63,989 bases of DNA. Source: Tubiluchus corallicola (taxonomy: Eukaryota; Animalia; Priapulida). Where the stretch lies: contig JAQGDQ010001086.1 of assembly GCA_030141605.1 (NCBI GenBank), positions 1 through 63,989 on the forward strand. The letters run 5' to 3'. A program made the translations under genes and the position numbers. The notes under the pieces are model-generated. The model saw nothing but the letters and a program-made list of their open reading frames with translations. It was not told where the DNA came from and made no database searches. How positions within the stretch are numbered: position 1 is the stretch's first letter; the number at the start of each line of letters is the position of its first letter. Positions 1 through 12,046 of this stretch are shown piece after piece.

Positions 1-1052
1 GAATAAAATTTTAGTTTGTCTGTCTGCTTGTGTGTCTGCTTATTTTTTCGTGTGCCATATTTGCTCCATTTCCTGCGTGTAACTTTACACATGCAATTCA
101 TTTCTAAGAATAAAATTTTAGTTTGTCTGTCTGCTTGTGTGTCTGCTTATTTTTTCGTGTGCCATATTTGCTCCATTTCCTGCGTGTAACTTTACACATG
201 CAATTCATTTCTAAGAATAAAATTTTAGTTTGTCTGTCTGCTTGTGTGTCTGCTTATTTTTTCGTGTGCCATATTTGCTCCATTTCCTGCGTGTAACTTT
301 ACACATGCAATTCATTTCTAAGAATAAAATTTTAGTTTGTCCGTCTGCTTGTGTGTCTGCTTATTTGTTTCGTGTGCCATATTTGCTCCATTTCCTGCGT
401 GTAACTTTACACATGCAATTCATTTCTAAGAATAAAATTTTAGTTTGTCTGTCTCTGTGTGTGTGTCTGCTTATTTTTTTAGTCTGCCATATTTGCTCCA
501 TCTCCTGCGTGTAACTTTACACATGCAATTCATTTCTAAGAATAAAATTTTAGTTTGTCTGTCTCTGTGTGTGTGTCTGCTTATTTTTTTAGTGTGCCAT
601 ATTTGCTCCATCTCCTGCATGTAACTTTATGCAGTGCAGTTCATGTCTAAGAATAAAATTTTAGTTTGTCTGTCTGCTTGTGTGTCTGCTTATTTTTTTC
701 GTCTGCCATATTTGCTCCATCTCCTGCGTGTAACTTAACACAGTGTAATTCATGTCTAAGAATAAAATTTTAGTTTGTCTGTCTGCCTGTGTGTCTGCTC
801 ATTTTTTTCGTCTGCCATATTTGCTCCGTCTCCTGCATTTAACTTTATGCAGTGCAGTTCATGTCTAAGAATAAAATTTTAGTTTGTCCGTATGCTTGTG
901 TGTCTGCTTATTTTTTTCGTCTGCCATATTTGCTCCATCTCCTGCGTGTAACTTAACACAGTGTAATTCATGTCTAAGAATAAATTTTTAGTTTGTCTGT
1001 CTGCCTGTGTGTCTGCTCATTTTTTTCGTCTGCCATATTTGCTCCATCTCCG
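1..1052. repeat. Minisatellite, ~107-110 bp unit, ~10 copies (runs off the window start)
   Basis: GAATAAAATTTTAGTTTGTCTG recurs at 1, 108, 215 and onward; lies upstream of the first visible PI3K exon, so presumably intronic. Confidence 0.95.
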
Positions 1053-1159
1053 GCTTTTAATTCATGGCTAAATTAGCACGTCGATAAATTACTTTCCTTT
1101 ACCTATCCATTAAATTAATGGATTAATTTCCTACATGAATGACGGCATACAAATATTAA

Positions 1160-3037
1160 AGGAAAACTGGATGATTGTGTAAACACGAGTTCAGAATAAA
1201 GAATGCTCTAAAAAATAAAACACCACAATAGCTTTTTTTAAATCAAAGCTTGGATTAAATAATAATTACCTCAGATACTCAAATTTCGTTAAATTGTCAA
1301 AGCTACGCGCGGCTCAGTGAATTTACTAAGATTGGCAGCGGCGCCTTTTTGTCACATTCGCGTGGACGACAAATAGAAGGCGGTACTGTGATAAGCATGA
1401 TCATGAACTGCAGTGTTAGTTTTTGACGTCATATGACGTAGAGCCTGTTTGCGTGACATCATTAAGCTGCTGTTTGCTTTAAGCAGTACTGTAACACTTA
1501 CGCTAACATGCTTGACGCACGAGGGAAAATGCCTGCCATTGCACAAACTGTGGTTAGTTTCTGACGTAAGCAATAGCAGTGTTCGGTTGCCGTTAATTAC
1601 CTTTCTAAGCTAATTATTCAAATATAAGAAACAATTGCTTACCTTTATAGGCAAGAAAATGCATATTTTGGACAGTAAATTAAAATGAGATTGAGTCTAA
1701 ACAATCGTCCGGTCTTCCTTTAAGCTTTATAGACAAGAAAATGCATATTTTGGACAGTAAATTAAAATGAAATTGAGTCTAAACAATCGTCCGGTCTTTC
1801 TTTAAGCTTTATAGGCAAGAAAATGTATATTTTGGACAGCAAGATTAAAATGAGATTGAGTCTAAACAATCGCCCAGTCTTTCTTTAAGCTTTATAGGCA
1901 AGAAAATGTATATTTTGGACAGTAAATTAAAATGAGATTGAGTCTAAATAATCTTCCAGTCTTCCTTTAAGCTTTATAGGCAAGAAAATGTATATTTTGG
2001 ACAGTAAATTAAAATGAGATTGAGTCTAAACAATCGCCCAGTCTTTCTTTAAGCTTTATAGACAAGAAAATGTATATTTTGGACAGCAAGATTAAAATGA
2101 GATTGAGTCTAAACAATCGCCCAGTCTTTCTTTAAGCTTTATAGACAAGAAAATGTATATTTTGGACAGTAAATTAAAATGAGATTGAGTCTAAACAATC
2201 GTCCGGTCTTCCTTTAAGCTTTATAGGCAAGAAAATGTATATTTTGGACAGTAAATTAAAATGAGATTGAGTCTAAACAATCGTCCAGTCTTCCTTTAAG
2301 CTTTATAGGCAAGAAAATGTATATTTTGGACAGTAAATTAAAATGAGATTGAGTCTAAACAATCGCCCGGTCTTCCTTTAAGCTTTATAGGCAAGAAAAT
2401 GTATATTTTGGACAGCAAGATTAAAATGAGATTGAGTCTAAACAATCGCCCGGTCTTCCTTTAAGCTTTATAGGCAAGAAAATGCATATTTTGGACAGTA
2501 AATTAAAATGAGATTGAGTCTAAACAATCGTCCGGTCTTCCTTTAAGCTTTATAGGCAAGAAAATGTATATTTTGGACAGTAAATTAAAATGAGATTGAG
2601 TCTAAACAATCGCCCGGTCTTCCTTTAAGCTTTATAGGCAAGAAAATGTATATTTTGGACAGCAAGATTAAAATGAGATTGAGTCTAAACAATCGCCCAG
2701 TCTTTCTTTAAGCTTTATAGACAAGAAAATGTATATTTTGGACAGTAAGATTAAAATGAGATTGAGTCTAAACAATCGCCCAGTCTTTCTTTAAGCTTTA
2801 TAGGCAAGAAAATGTATATTTTGGACAGCAAGATTAAAATGAGATTGAGTCTAAACAATCGCCCAGTCTTTCTTTAAGCTTTATAGGCAAGAAAATGTAT
2901 ATTTTGGACAGTAAATTAAAATGAGATTGAGTCTAAATAATCTTCCAGTCTTCCTTTAAGCTTTATAGGCAAGAAAATGTATATTTTGGACAGTAAATTA
3001 AAATGAAATTGAGTCTAAACAATCGTCCCGTTTTCCT
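1160..3037. mobile_element. Non-autonomous TTAA-targeting DNA transposon (Kolobok-like) whose right end is tandemly amplified
   Basis: TTAA|AGGAAAACTGGATGATTGT at 1156-1178 and inverted ACAATCGTCCGGTCTTCCT|TTAA ending 1719; last terminus ends 3037; matching left end also near 37533-37582. Confidence 0.7.
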
Positions 3038-3041
3038 TTAA
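1643..3041. repeat. Minisatellite, ~82-83 bp unit, ~17 copies, each ending in a transposon TIR plus TTAA
   Basis: Unit CTTTATAGGCAAGAAAATG...GAGTCTAAACAATCGYCCRGTCTTYCTTTAAG repeated head to tail. Confidence 0.95.
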
Positions 3042-3159
3042 TGCAGGTATCCATTATCTACTATGAAATATTTTTTTTGCTATTTCGTTGTGATTACTAA
3101 TTACGATTTTCATGTTTCACTGGCGTACAAATTTTTTCAACTCATTCCTCTTCTTGCAG

Positions 3160-3333
3160 GATGCTACCATATCGTTGCCTAGCAACCGGTAAGCAAGTTG
3201 GCATGATCGAGGTGGTTCGCAACGCGCGCACTGTGTTCGACATTCAGCGTGGAGGCGGCAAGAAGGGGGCGCTGCAAGTCACCAGCTCACAGTTGCACAA
3301 GTGGATAAAGGAGAAGTCGAAAGATCATGCAGC
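3160..3333 (+). CDS. PIK3CA: Class I PI3K catalytic subunit (p110-alpha-like), kinase-domain exon A; upstream exons lie outside the window
   Basis: ttgcag|G ... GC|gtaagc; translates MLPYRCLATGKQVGMIEVVRNARTVFDIQRGGGKKGALQVTSSQLHKWIKEK, matching p110a [22 protein letters not shown]...[21 protein letters not shown]. Confidence 0.93.
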
Positions 3334-3539
3334 GTAAGCGGGTTTTTCGTTTTATCAAGACAAGTTGTTAAAACGGTCTTTGGCAGAAAACTTTACAGAC
3401 GTGTAGTCTGAGTCGTGCTGCTTTTGCTTGAATGTCTTAAAGCAAAACTATTCCGTAATTATTATGAAAAATAATATTACGTAATAGTAGCCGATTTAAA
3501 ACTGGAATTAGCCGAAGAGTGGCAAGCTAAACTAGGTTT

Positions 3540-3603
3540 ATAATAATAATAATAATAATAATAATAGTGATGGTGATGGTGATGGTGATGGTGATGGTGA
3601 TGG

Positions 3604-3667
<64 letters not shown>

Positions 3668-3842
3668 GGCGATGGTGGTGGTGGTGATGATAATGGTGAT
3701 GATGATGGTGATGATGATGATGATGATGATGGTGATGGTGATGGTGATGATGATGATGGCGATGGTGGTGGTGGTGATGATAATGGTGATGATGATGATA
3801 ATGATGATGGGGATGATGATGATGATGATGGTGATTATGATG

Positions 3843-3879
<37 letters not shown>
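3540..3879. repeat. Compound trinucleotide microsatellite (AAT/GAT/GGT) continuous with a SINE tail
   Basis: Directly visible; abuts the 3' end of the SINE at 3880. Confidence 0.95.
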
Positions 3880-3880
<1 letters not shown>

Positions 3881-4131
3881 CTTTATTTAAAGTCGGCTTT
3901 TGCGTCAACAGTTAACATTAGCTCAAAGAGCTATTATCGCCGACTGTAAATAACAACCTACAACTACAAAACAGAGACTATTATTACCCCACTTTTACCC
4001 TAAATACCATGCGTCAGGCAGGGCAACAGCAGGTACCATTTTTAAAGTCTTTGTGACCCGGCCGCTGGTTCGAACTTACGACCTCCCAGACAGAAAACAG
4101 ACGCATTACCACTAGACTAAACCGTCTGGTC
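3880..4131 (-). mobile_element. tRNA-derived SINE, copy 1 (MetaSINE-like central domain)
   Basis: Reverse complement of 29696-29961; A box TAGTCTAGTGG, B box GTTCGAACC, AATAAAG plus (ATT)n tail. Confidence 0.85.
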
Positions 4132-4610
4132 AAAGTTTGTTTAAAATTGGAAGCAAATTAAAAAATTCCACCCACAAGGAAGCGATTAGCTTTGAGATCA
4201 ATCAGAGATAAAGAAAAATATTTTGAAGAAAAATGTGGAACTGATAAGAGTTATTAAATAATCATTATAATAATAATTATGGCTATTAGTACAGCTGCTA
4301 TCTTCAGACATTATTTTAGTCGCATTTACACTAATTAGTAGGCTATGTACACACCAAGACACATGGAATTAAGTGATTTAAACTGCGATGCTTTGCAAGA
4401 TAATTTTGCCTCACGTTAGGTGCTGTTCCAGAAAATTTCTTAGAACTATACTAAAAAAGGACTCGTTGTTTTGCTGTTTGGCTCACTGTTTATATCACTC
4501 TAACAGGACACAACCTGAAACAATAATTTCTCTGGAGAGGTTCCCCGTGTGAGCTTATATAGACGTATCCTGGAAAAGTGCGTGCATCTCCAGCGTATTA
4601 TATAATCTGA

Positions 4611-5429
4611 CTAGCAAAGGCCCCGCAAAAGATTTTGCGTAAAAAACCACGTATAAGCAATAACACGCGACCATCCTACCTAGTCCTCACTTATAACACA
4701 AAGCCCATAACATCCTGCCTACTTACCTAACGCAAAGCCAGCAGCGTTTACTCCTGCCTACTGTATGTTGCAAAGCAGCTTTTTGCTGAATTAAAGTTAT
4801 AGACACAATGGATGACGTCAGCACAATGGAATGCGGTCTGCAGTTTTCTAAGGCGAAAATTGTCGAAATTTGCGGAAAATAGAACACGAATTAACTCGTC
4901 GATACTCCTCTCGGTGGACCTGCCCTAACATATAGCCCACATCGTCGTGTAGCCCTGTCCTTCCTCTTTGTAAAGAGACCCATATCTACAACGCTAGAAC
5001 ATTTTTCCCGCATGCTGTTTGGTCAAAATTTTGAAAAAATCGCGAGTTGGGTCCGAGAAAACGCCCGTTGCGGGGCGCCCTGGCCCTCTCGGGAATTCTA
5101 AATATGCCTACTACACCCACCGCTGAACGGGCTATCTATCCATACCCAGTACCCCCCTTGGCCCGTTCCCGTTCTCTACATCTCAGCCGTATAACTTTTG
5201 CAATTTTTTGCAAGAAACGGCCGAAAATGGGCCATTTTTGGGGGTTTTTCGCCCCCCCCCCGTTCCTCCCGGTGGGCCCGATTCGAAAAATAAACCCCCA
5301 ATGAGACGACCCTAGATCGAGACCTTTCGTTTGATATATAGATTGCCGCAAATGGTGCCCTCGTCGAAGCTGTAGCCTCGAATCTTATATATTAAGCCCA
5401 TACCAAGAATATTAATATAAGAGTATAGA
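4611..5429 (-). mobile_element. Non-autonomous Helitron
   Basis: Minus strand reads A|TCTATAC ... CGCAAAA-TC-TTTTGCG hairpin ... CTAG|T: TC start, subterminal hairpin, CTAG end, inserted between A and T with no TSD. Confidence 0.8.
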
Positions 5430-6191
5430 TGGTACACTTGTACAAAATGCTATAGCAAAATCTTAATTACCAGTTTAAAACTTATTTAATTATTATTTAG
5501 CAATTATTATTGCCTTTACAATGTTAAATTATATTACTGAATTGTGAAGATCAGAAAAAATCAACTGAAAAATTCTGTTTTTACTATGGATTTCCAGCTT
5601 ACGAGTTTTTTATTTGTCAGTTTTTACATGATAAACTTTCTTTATAATAAGTTTTCTTTATCATTCACTTTAAATTTTCAGATTATCTCCATTACTTTTT
5701 TTATGTTTCACAGTGTGGGACAATCTAACGAGCCCTGCTTTTTGATTGCCCGCAACACCTTTACATTTGTATACATAACAAACCTAAACTATGGTATATC
5801 TAAACTAGTTATGTGCTCAAAGTAAACTGTGTACGAATTTACTAAGCAACATGCAACAGCGATAATTCTCTTGTTTATCTTTCAACCCCACAGTGTTTTG
5901 AGAGTCAAGTTAGTATATTTGTAATGATGCTGTACATAACGTTGTTTAGACACCAGTATTAAAGGAAGTAGCGATATCACTATCTTTGTTTACCATAGCT
6001 TGACCTACGTCTAAAGACAGTTTAAATCATTTTTTCCAAAATTTGCTTCCTATTATGTATCTTACTGTTTGTTATTCATTGAAATATTGATAAGTTTTTG
6101 TTTCTTTTAATGTATTAATTGTGTTTTTGTGTTGATGTGAAATAAATAAACAACAATAAACTGCTGATTCATTAATCAATACGACAAGTGA

Positions 6192-6407
<216 letters not shown>

Positions 6408-6429
6408 TAACCACCCAACCTCAACACGG

Positions 6430-6548
6430 TTATTGACGGTCTCGCCTCAACAATTTGCGAAATTGCGGCAGCTTTGATGCATCAACTGTTTGACTATTAA
6501 GTGAATTCCAAGAGCCCACAACACGAGAAGAGAAGAAATGAGTATGGA
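6430..6548 (-). mobile_element. CR1-type LINE ORF2 3' fragment
   Basis: HFFSSRVVGSWNSL...VDASKLPQFRKLL resembles the CR1 C-terminal motif FFSxRVVxxWNxL. Confidence 0.55.
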
Positions 6549-6563
6549 TCCGGTTTTGCTTTA

Positions 6564-7012
6564 AAACAACAACGACGATAACAACAACAACGACTACGAC
6601 AACAACTACTAAAACAACGACGATAACAACAACAGCAACAACAACAATAATAACAACATCAGCAACAACAACATCAACAACTACAACAACGACGACGATA
6701 ACAACAACAAGGACTATGACAACAGCTACAGCAACGACGACGATAATAACAGTAACGACAACAACAGCAACAACAACATCAACATCAACAACTACAACAA
6801 TGACGACGATAACAACAACAACGACTACGACAACAACTACAACAACATCAACAACTACAACAACAACATCAACAACTAGAAAAACGATGACGATAACAAC
6901 AACAACGACTACGACAACAACTGCAACAACGACGATGATAACAACAACAACAACAACAGCAACGACAACAAAAACAACAACAACAGCAACAAGCAGCAGT
7001 AACAGTAGCAGC
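6564..7012. repeat. Degenerate (ACA/ACG)n trinucleotide tract
   Basis: Directly visible; accounts for the poly-Thr and poly-Val ORFs. Confidence 0.9.
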
Positions 7013-7182
7013 CATAATCTTAAGTGGAGTTTAGCTTGCCATTCCGGCATGCGGATGTGAAATAGAGAAAATCGGTTTATATTGTTTTCCTTGCACTTGT
7101 TTATCACACCTGTGTTATGCCTTACTTTCCTATTCATTTTTATACGAAGCTATTTGACTTAAATGATGATGCAATATACATT

Positions 7183-7669
7183 TGTGGGTATTTGTCCTAA
7201 TTTGTTACAGAACAAGCGATCTAAAACAAATTAGGACAAATACCCACTATGGAACGAACTCTGTAATCAAACAAGTAATTCTACTCTGGAATTATCTACC
7301 ATTACAGGTTAAACAAATCAGGTCCCTATCAGCATTTAAAACAAAATTAAAATCACTAATATTAACCAGATATGAAATGCCATCACACCAGTACGACAAC
7401 ATACACACTAATTCAGAATTCATATATCCACGGCCATATTAATTAAATCATAATTTTTTTTCATTTTTTGTGCATATTTGTAAATACGTTTGATTTTATT
7501 CGTCGTTACTTTCCATTACTGCACAGTAGTTTAGATTGCACTGACGCATTTGCCTTTAGCAGTGTAAGTTTTTATTAACTAACACTGATTGATCATCTCT
7601 GTAAAGTTTATATCAGTGATTATCAATGTATTTTAGTGGCAAATAAAGATTATTATATATATATATATA
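7183..7669 (+). mobile_element. 5'-truncated LINE 3' end (L2/CR1 group) with (TA)n tail
   Basis: ORF end RTNTHYGTNS...LWNYLP...SLSAFKTKLK, then AATAAA and (TA)n; second copy at 62896-63372. Confidence 0.8.
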
Positions 7670-7719
7670 TTTTAGTTGTTGAATTTCGTAAAATTTTAAG
7701 ATGTATTCCCTCTTTACCT

Positions 7720-8199
7720 GCTTGGCATCCTTCTGTCTCAGAAAACAATGGAGTGTGCGCCAAGAGAGTATCCAGGGCGCACGCCTGGGCAAGGTGTATG
7801 GATATCCTGAGTTGCCCAGACAACAGGAACCCCCTCTCTTCCTCCCTGGTGTGGTCCAAAGGAAAGCGGTGTGATACGTTTGACACCAGGTTGGCTGCAG
7901 GAAGTGCCGGAGTCATTGAGCATGCTGCACTGGTCCGCCTTCGGGGCTCCACTCCTGATTTGGAAGGTTTACTCTTCTACACATGGCCGTTGGGTCACTT
8001 GACCTCCTCCGCCCTCTAGCCGTTGGCTGCTTGTGCAGCTCCTCCGCCTAGTGTCGAGATACAGTGTGGGCATCCCGCAAGTCTACAGCAACTGGTATTC
8101 CTAGGCGGTCACCCGTCCAAGTGCTAACCAGGCTCTATGTTGCGTAACGTCGGTGATCAGACGAGAACCGGTGTTTCCAACGTGATATGGCCGTAGTCT
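7720..8199 (-). mobile_element. 5S rRNA-derived SINE (SINE3) with RTE-type body and tail
   Basis: 8079-8198 is the reverse complement of a degenerate 5S rRNA; 3' end TCCATTGTTTTCTGAGACAGAAGGATGCCAA; 10-bp TSD CTCTTTACCT at 7710-7719 and 8200-8209. Confidence 0.85.
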
Positions 8200-8403
8200 C
8201 TCTTTACCTAGAGACACCCATTCCAGTATGACCCAATGTATCGCTGAAACAGTGTCGTTTGAACAATTGATAGCAAAGCGTCTCTGTTAAAATTTTTAAC
8301 ACTGTGAATGATACAGATAGTTACAGATACAGATACAATGTATTGTTAGTGTATTGACATTTTTGTTTAAGAAAATTATCCGAAGTTTCCTGTCATTTTT
8401 TAG

Positions 8404-8556
<153 letters not shown>

Positions 8557-8561
8557 TAAGT

Positions 8562-9345
8562 GACATAGACATAGACATAGACATAGACATAGACATAGAC
8601 ATAGACTAGACATAGACATAGACATAGACATAGACATAGACTAGTCATAGACATAGACATAGACATAGACTAGACATAGACATAGACATAGACATAGACA
8701 TAGACATAGACATAGACATAGACATAGACTAGACATAGACATAGACATAGACTAGACATAGACATAGACATAGACATAGAACATTTATTTTCTCCAATTA
8801 GTTTAACAGCAAAAGGTTTTTAAATATTAAGTAATTATAATCATGGAGCAGGGCAGGGAAGGACCGTAGGGTCATCTAGTCTCCTGCCCTTTCTTATAAA
8901 TAGATTAGTATATTAAAAATTAACGGTGATGCTGCAGATAACAAAAACAAATAAGAAAAAATAATAAAAACAGTATAAATGAAAGAAATTATCCAAAAAG
9001 AACTGAAAACAAAAAATAATAATGTTAGATACCTAAATCTAAACAAATCTAAACTGGATTAGTATATTGAAAATTAGCGGTGATGCTGCAGATAACAGAA
9101 AGAAAAACAAGTAAGAAAAAATAACAATAAAAACAGTATAAATATTACAAATTATCCTAAAAAAACTGAAAACAAAAAATAATAAAATTAGATACCTAAA
9201 TCTAAACAAAACAATACAATTATTTTGTAATTAGGATTATTATATGTAGTAGTTTCAAATGGGGTCTTATTAACAGGGGAATTTGACCAAGGTTAGTGAG
9301 TAAAGTTAAAAACCGAGAGTATGGAAAGAAAAAAATAAGCATCAA
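8562..9345 (-). mobile_element. LINE 3' UTR fragment whose tail has expanded as (GACATA)n (8562-8780) immediately after the exon C donor
   Basis: 8778-9340 matches 31894-32310; minus-strand stem-loop GGGCAGGAGAC...CCTTCCCTGCCC and AATAAA precede the tail. Confidence 0.7.
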
Positions 9346-10725
9346 AAAAGTGTCGACTCAACGCTGTTTAAGTTTATACATTTAGACAAAAATCAACGTT
9401 ACTTATTCACACTGTGTGCGGTTAGTTATGCTAGCAGGGATGAGAATTCCGAGTTTTTGGAAGACCAGTAGTGACATTTTTGTAAATCGCGTAAATTCGT
9501 TGAGAAAATTTTTTACGGACCCAGTACATTATTTCGCAAGCTGACTGCTAGGTGGCAGGCCGTCACTTTGTTTACATCACGTACATCAGTGTAACCACGT
9601 GTATATCTCTATGTATAAAAATATAGAGTCAATTGTGCTGAGTTATTTGAGTCAATTGCAGACAGCTTTTATATACTTTTGCATAGGAGCGGCCAATACT
9701 TAGGCGTTTTTGAGATAATTAGGTATCATGTATCCTTGATAGTCGGGTATTTTAAATTATGCATGAAACAAGGTAAGTGATATTTTAAGTCCACTTAGAG
9801 GTTCTCTATGATCACAAAATTGCAATTTGTTGCTTCGTCCCCTTGAACCCCCATGACCGCTAGTTGACAGGCCGTCACTTTGTTTACATCACGTACATCA
9901 GTGTAACCACGTGTATATCTCTGCGTATAAAAATATACACTACACGTAAGACGTTGTGTGCGTACTTGCACTAAGCATGTCAGCTTTTACGACGAATTCA
10001 TTGAAACAGATAATAATTTAAAGTTAATTCCTTTGAAAAAATAGGAGGAAATATGAGTCATAATTGGTTTAGTATAATTAATTAATGAAGTTGCGCTCGG
10101 GCCGCAAAGTTGAGCATTTGCATGGGTCATAAGTCGACAACTACCTGTATTATGATTGTTATTAACATTACTTATATTCGAACACATGCGTACAGTTGTG
10201 TTAGAGGTTCGATTAAATAAGAAGAACGGTGACAAACTAAAACTTGTATAACTTACTTTGCCACAGGAAAGATACTTTACTTACTTTACTTAGATTATTT
10301 GCTTTACTCACTTTGCTTAGATTATTAATCTGTTTCGGTTATGTCTTCAAAAGCATACAGTAAGTCCTCGCTTAACGATTCGCCATTTAGCGACGTTTCG
10401 TTTTAACGATGATTTTTTACTTTGCTCACAGCCATCTTTTATTTTATCAACAACTGTTTTCCTAATTTGAAGCATTAAAACTGTATACATTGCGTTATTC
10501 TGTTATAAAAACGCATCGGTAAGCTAAATAGGGCAATTACTTTATTGTTTTTACTTCCCGACAGACTACGTACTAAATTCTAGCCGTTTCTACCAAACAA
10601 CACCCGAATTCAAACTTTATGCCAGGAAATTTTGTTTGCAACCTGTTGCTATAACAAACGTATTAGTACTACATGAAATTGTCTCAAGGTCGGTCTATGC
10701 AGAGCTTGGCTTTTACTGTGTACTG

Positions 10726-11208
10726 CAGGGGTGTGCAAATTGTGACCTGACGAGAGAATTTGTGCGGCCCGCGAAGAGATTTGTCAACCTAATGAAAGTG
10801 CGGCCCGGGCGATTAATTGAGTGTATCCAGCTGAAGTCCGTGCCACGATCCCAAAGATAGTGTGGGTAGTTTTTTCTACTAGATCGGATGCCATTAACCC
10901 TTACCAGACGGTTGTAACTTAATGTCACTGTACTACACAGACTGTGTGATACACATTACTAATATGCATTGTAATGAAATTACCACTATCTGTCCCGAAA
11001 GTAGAAACATAGCGTTTGTAATATAAATTTTAATAACTTCTAAAATAGTTTCTTGAGTGTAGTAGTAATGATGTACGTAGGTCGTATGCAAAAAAAATCG
11101 TTATTAGGACTTACTGTACTTGGCTTCTTGATCAAACTGCCTGTGGCCTGCAGAAATTGCGAGAAAGTTTAATGTGGCCCGGCTAGTCAGATAATTTGCA
11201 CACCCCTG
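10726..11208. mobile_element. hAT-type MITE, copy 1
   Basis: TIR CAGGGGTGTGCAAATT / AATTTGCACACCCCTG; 8-bp TSD GTGTACTG / GTGTAGTG. Confidence 0.9.
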
Positions 11209-11453
11209 GTGTAGTGTTTAACACATAGCGTTTAAACAGGAGGAGAAATCGCTATCAAGAGTAGCTAGATACTGGTAAGAAAAATAGCTGGTTTCAAGCA
11301 AACAGGAACAGTAGAAATATGAATAAAACTCGTAAAACGTTTAATTTGTACGATCTAAGCAGCACTGATGCATTGATTTTTGGTTCTGGAACGTATCTCA
11401 GTTCATTTAATGACGTTTCACTTAACTTCGCGAATACATTTTAATTTCTCTGA

Positions 11454-11772
11454 GTAGTTTAAATCTAAATTGAATTATACAGGTAGTTTGAATCTAAATT
11501 GAATTCTCCAGGTAGTTTAAATCTAAATTGAATTCTCCAGGTAGTTTAAATCTAAATTGAATTGTCCAGGTAGTTTGAATCTAAATTGAATTCTCCAGGT
11601 AGTTTAAATCTAAATTGAATTCTCCAGGTAGTTTGAATCTAAATTGAATTCTCCAGGTAGTTTAAATCTAAATTGAATTCTCCAAGTAGTTTAAATCTAA
11701 ATTGAATTCTCCAGGTAGTTTGAATCTAAATTGAATTCTCCAGGTAGTTTAAATCTAAATTGAATTCTCCAG
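11454..11772 (+). repeat. 29-bp tandem array, 11 copies, whose last unit is the PI3K terminal-exon splice acceptor
   Basis: Unit GTAGTTTRAATCTAAATTGAATTCTCCAG; the last AG (11771-11772) precedes the coding exon. Confidence 0.95.
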
Positions 11773-12046
11773 GTTTAAAGAGTTATGTGGCAAAGCCTAC
11801 CTGTGTCTTCGTCGACACTGCAATCTATTCATCACCCTCTTCACAATGATGCTGAATGCGGAGATTCCCGAGCTGCAGTCGTTCGACGACATCGAGTACC
11901 TCCGCAAGACGCTCGCCGTGGAGTCGACCGACGAGGAAGCCATTCTGTACTTCTACAAGCAGTTTCACGAAGCCTACGGTGACGCATGGACAACGAAACT
12001 CGACTGGTTCTTCCACGGGATCAAACACACAAATATACTGCTATAA
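11773..12046 (+). CDS. PIK3CA: PI3K terminal coding exon
   Basis: ctccag|G TTT AAA; [27 protein letters not shown]...[17 protein letters not shown]...[10 protein letters not shown]...stop; PELQSFDDI and WTTK are p110a-type motifs. Confidence 0.93.

Noticed and set aside
8079-8198. Functional 5S rRNA gene
   Set aside because: Several substitutions, no oligo-T terminator, fused to a repeated body and enclosed by a TSD; it is a SINE head
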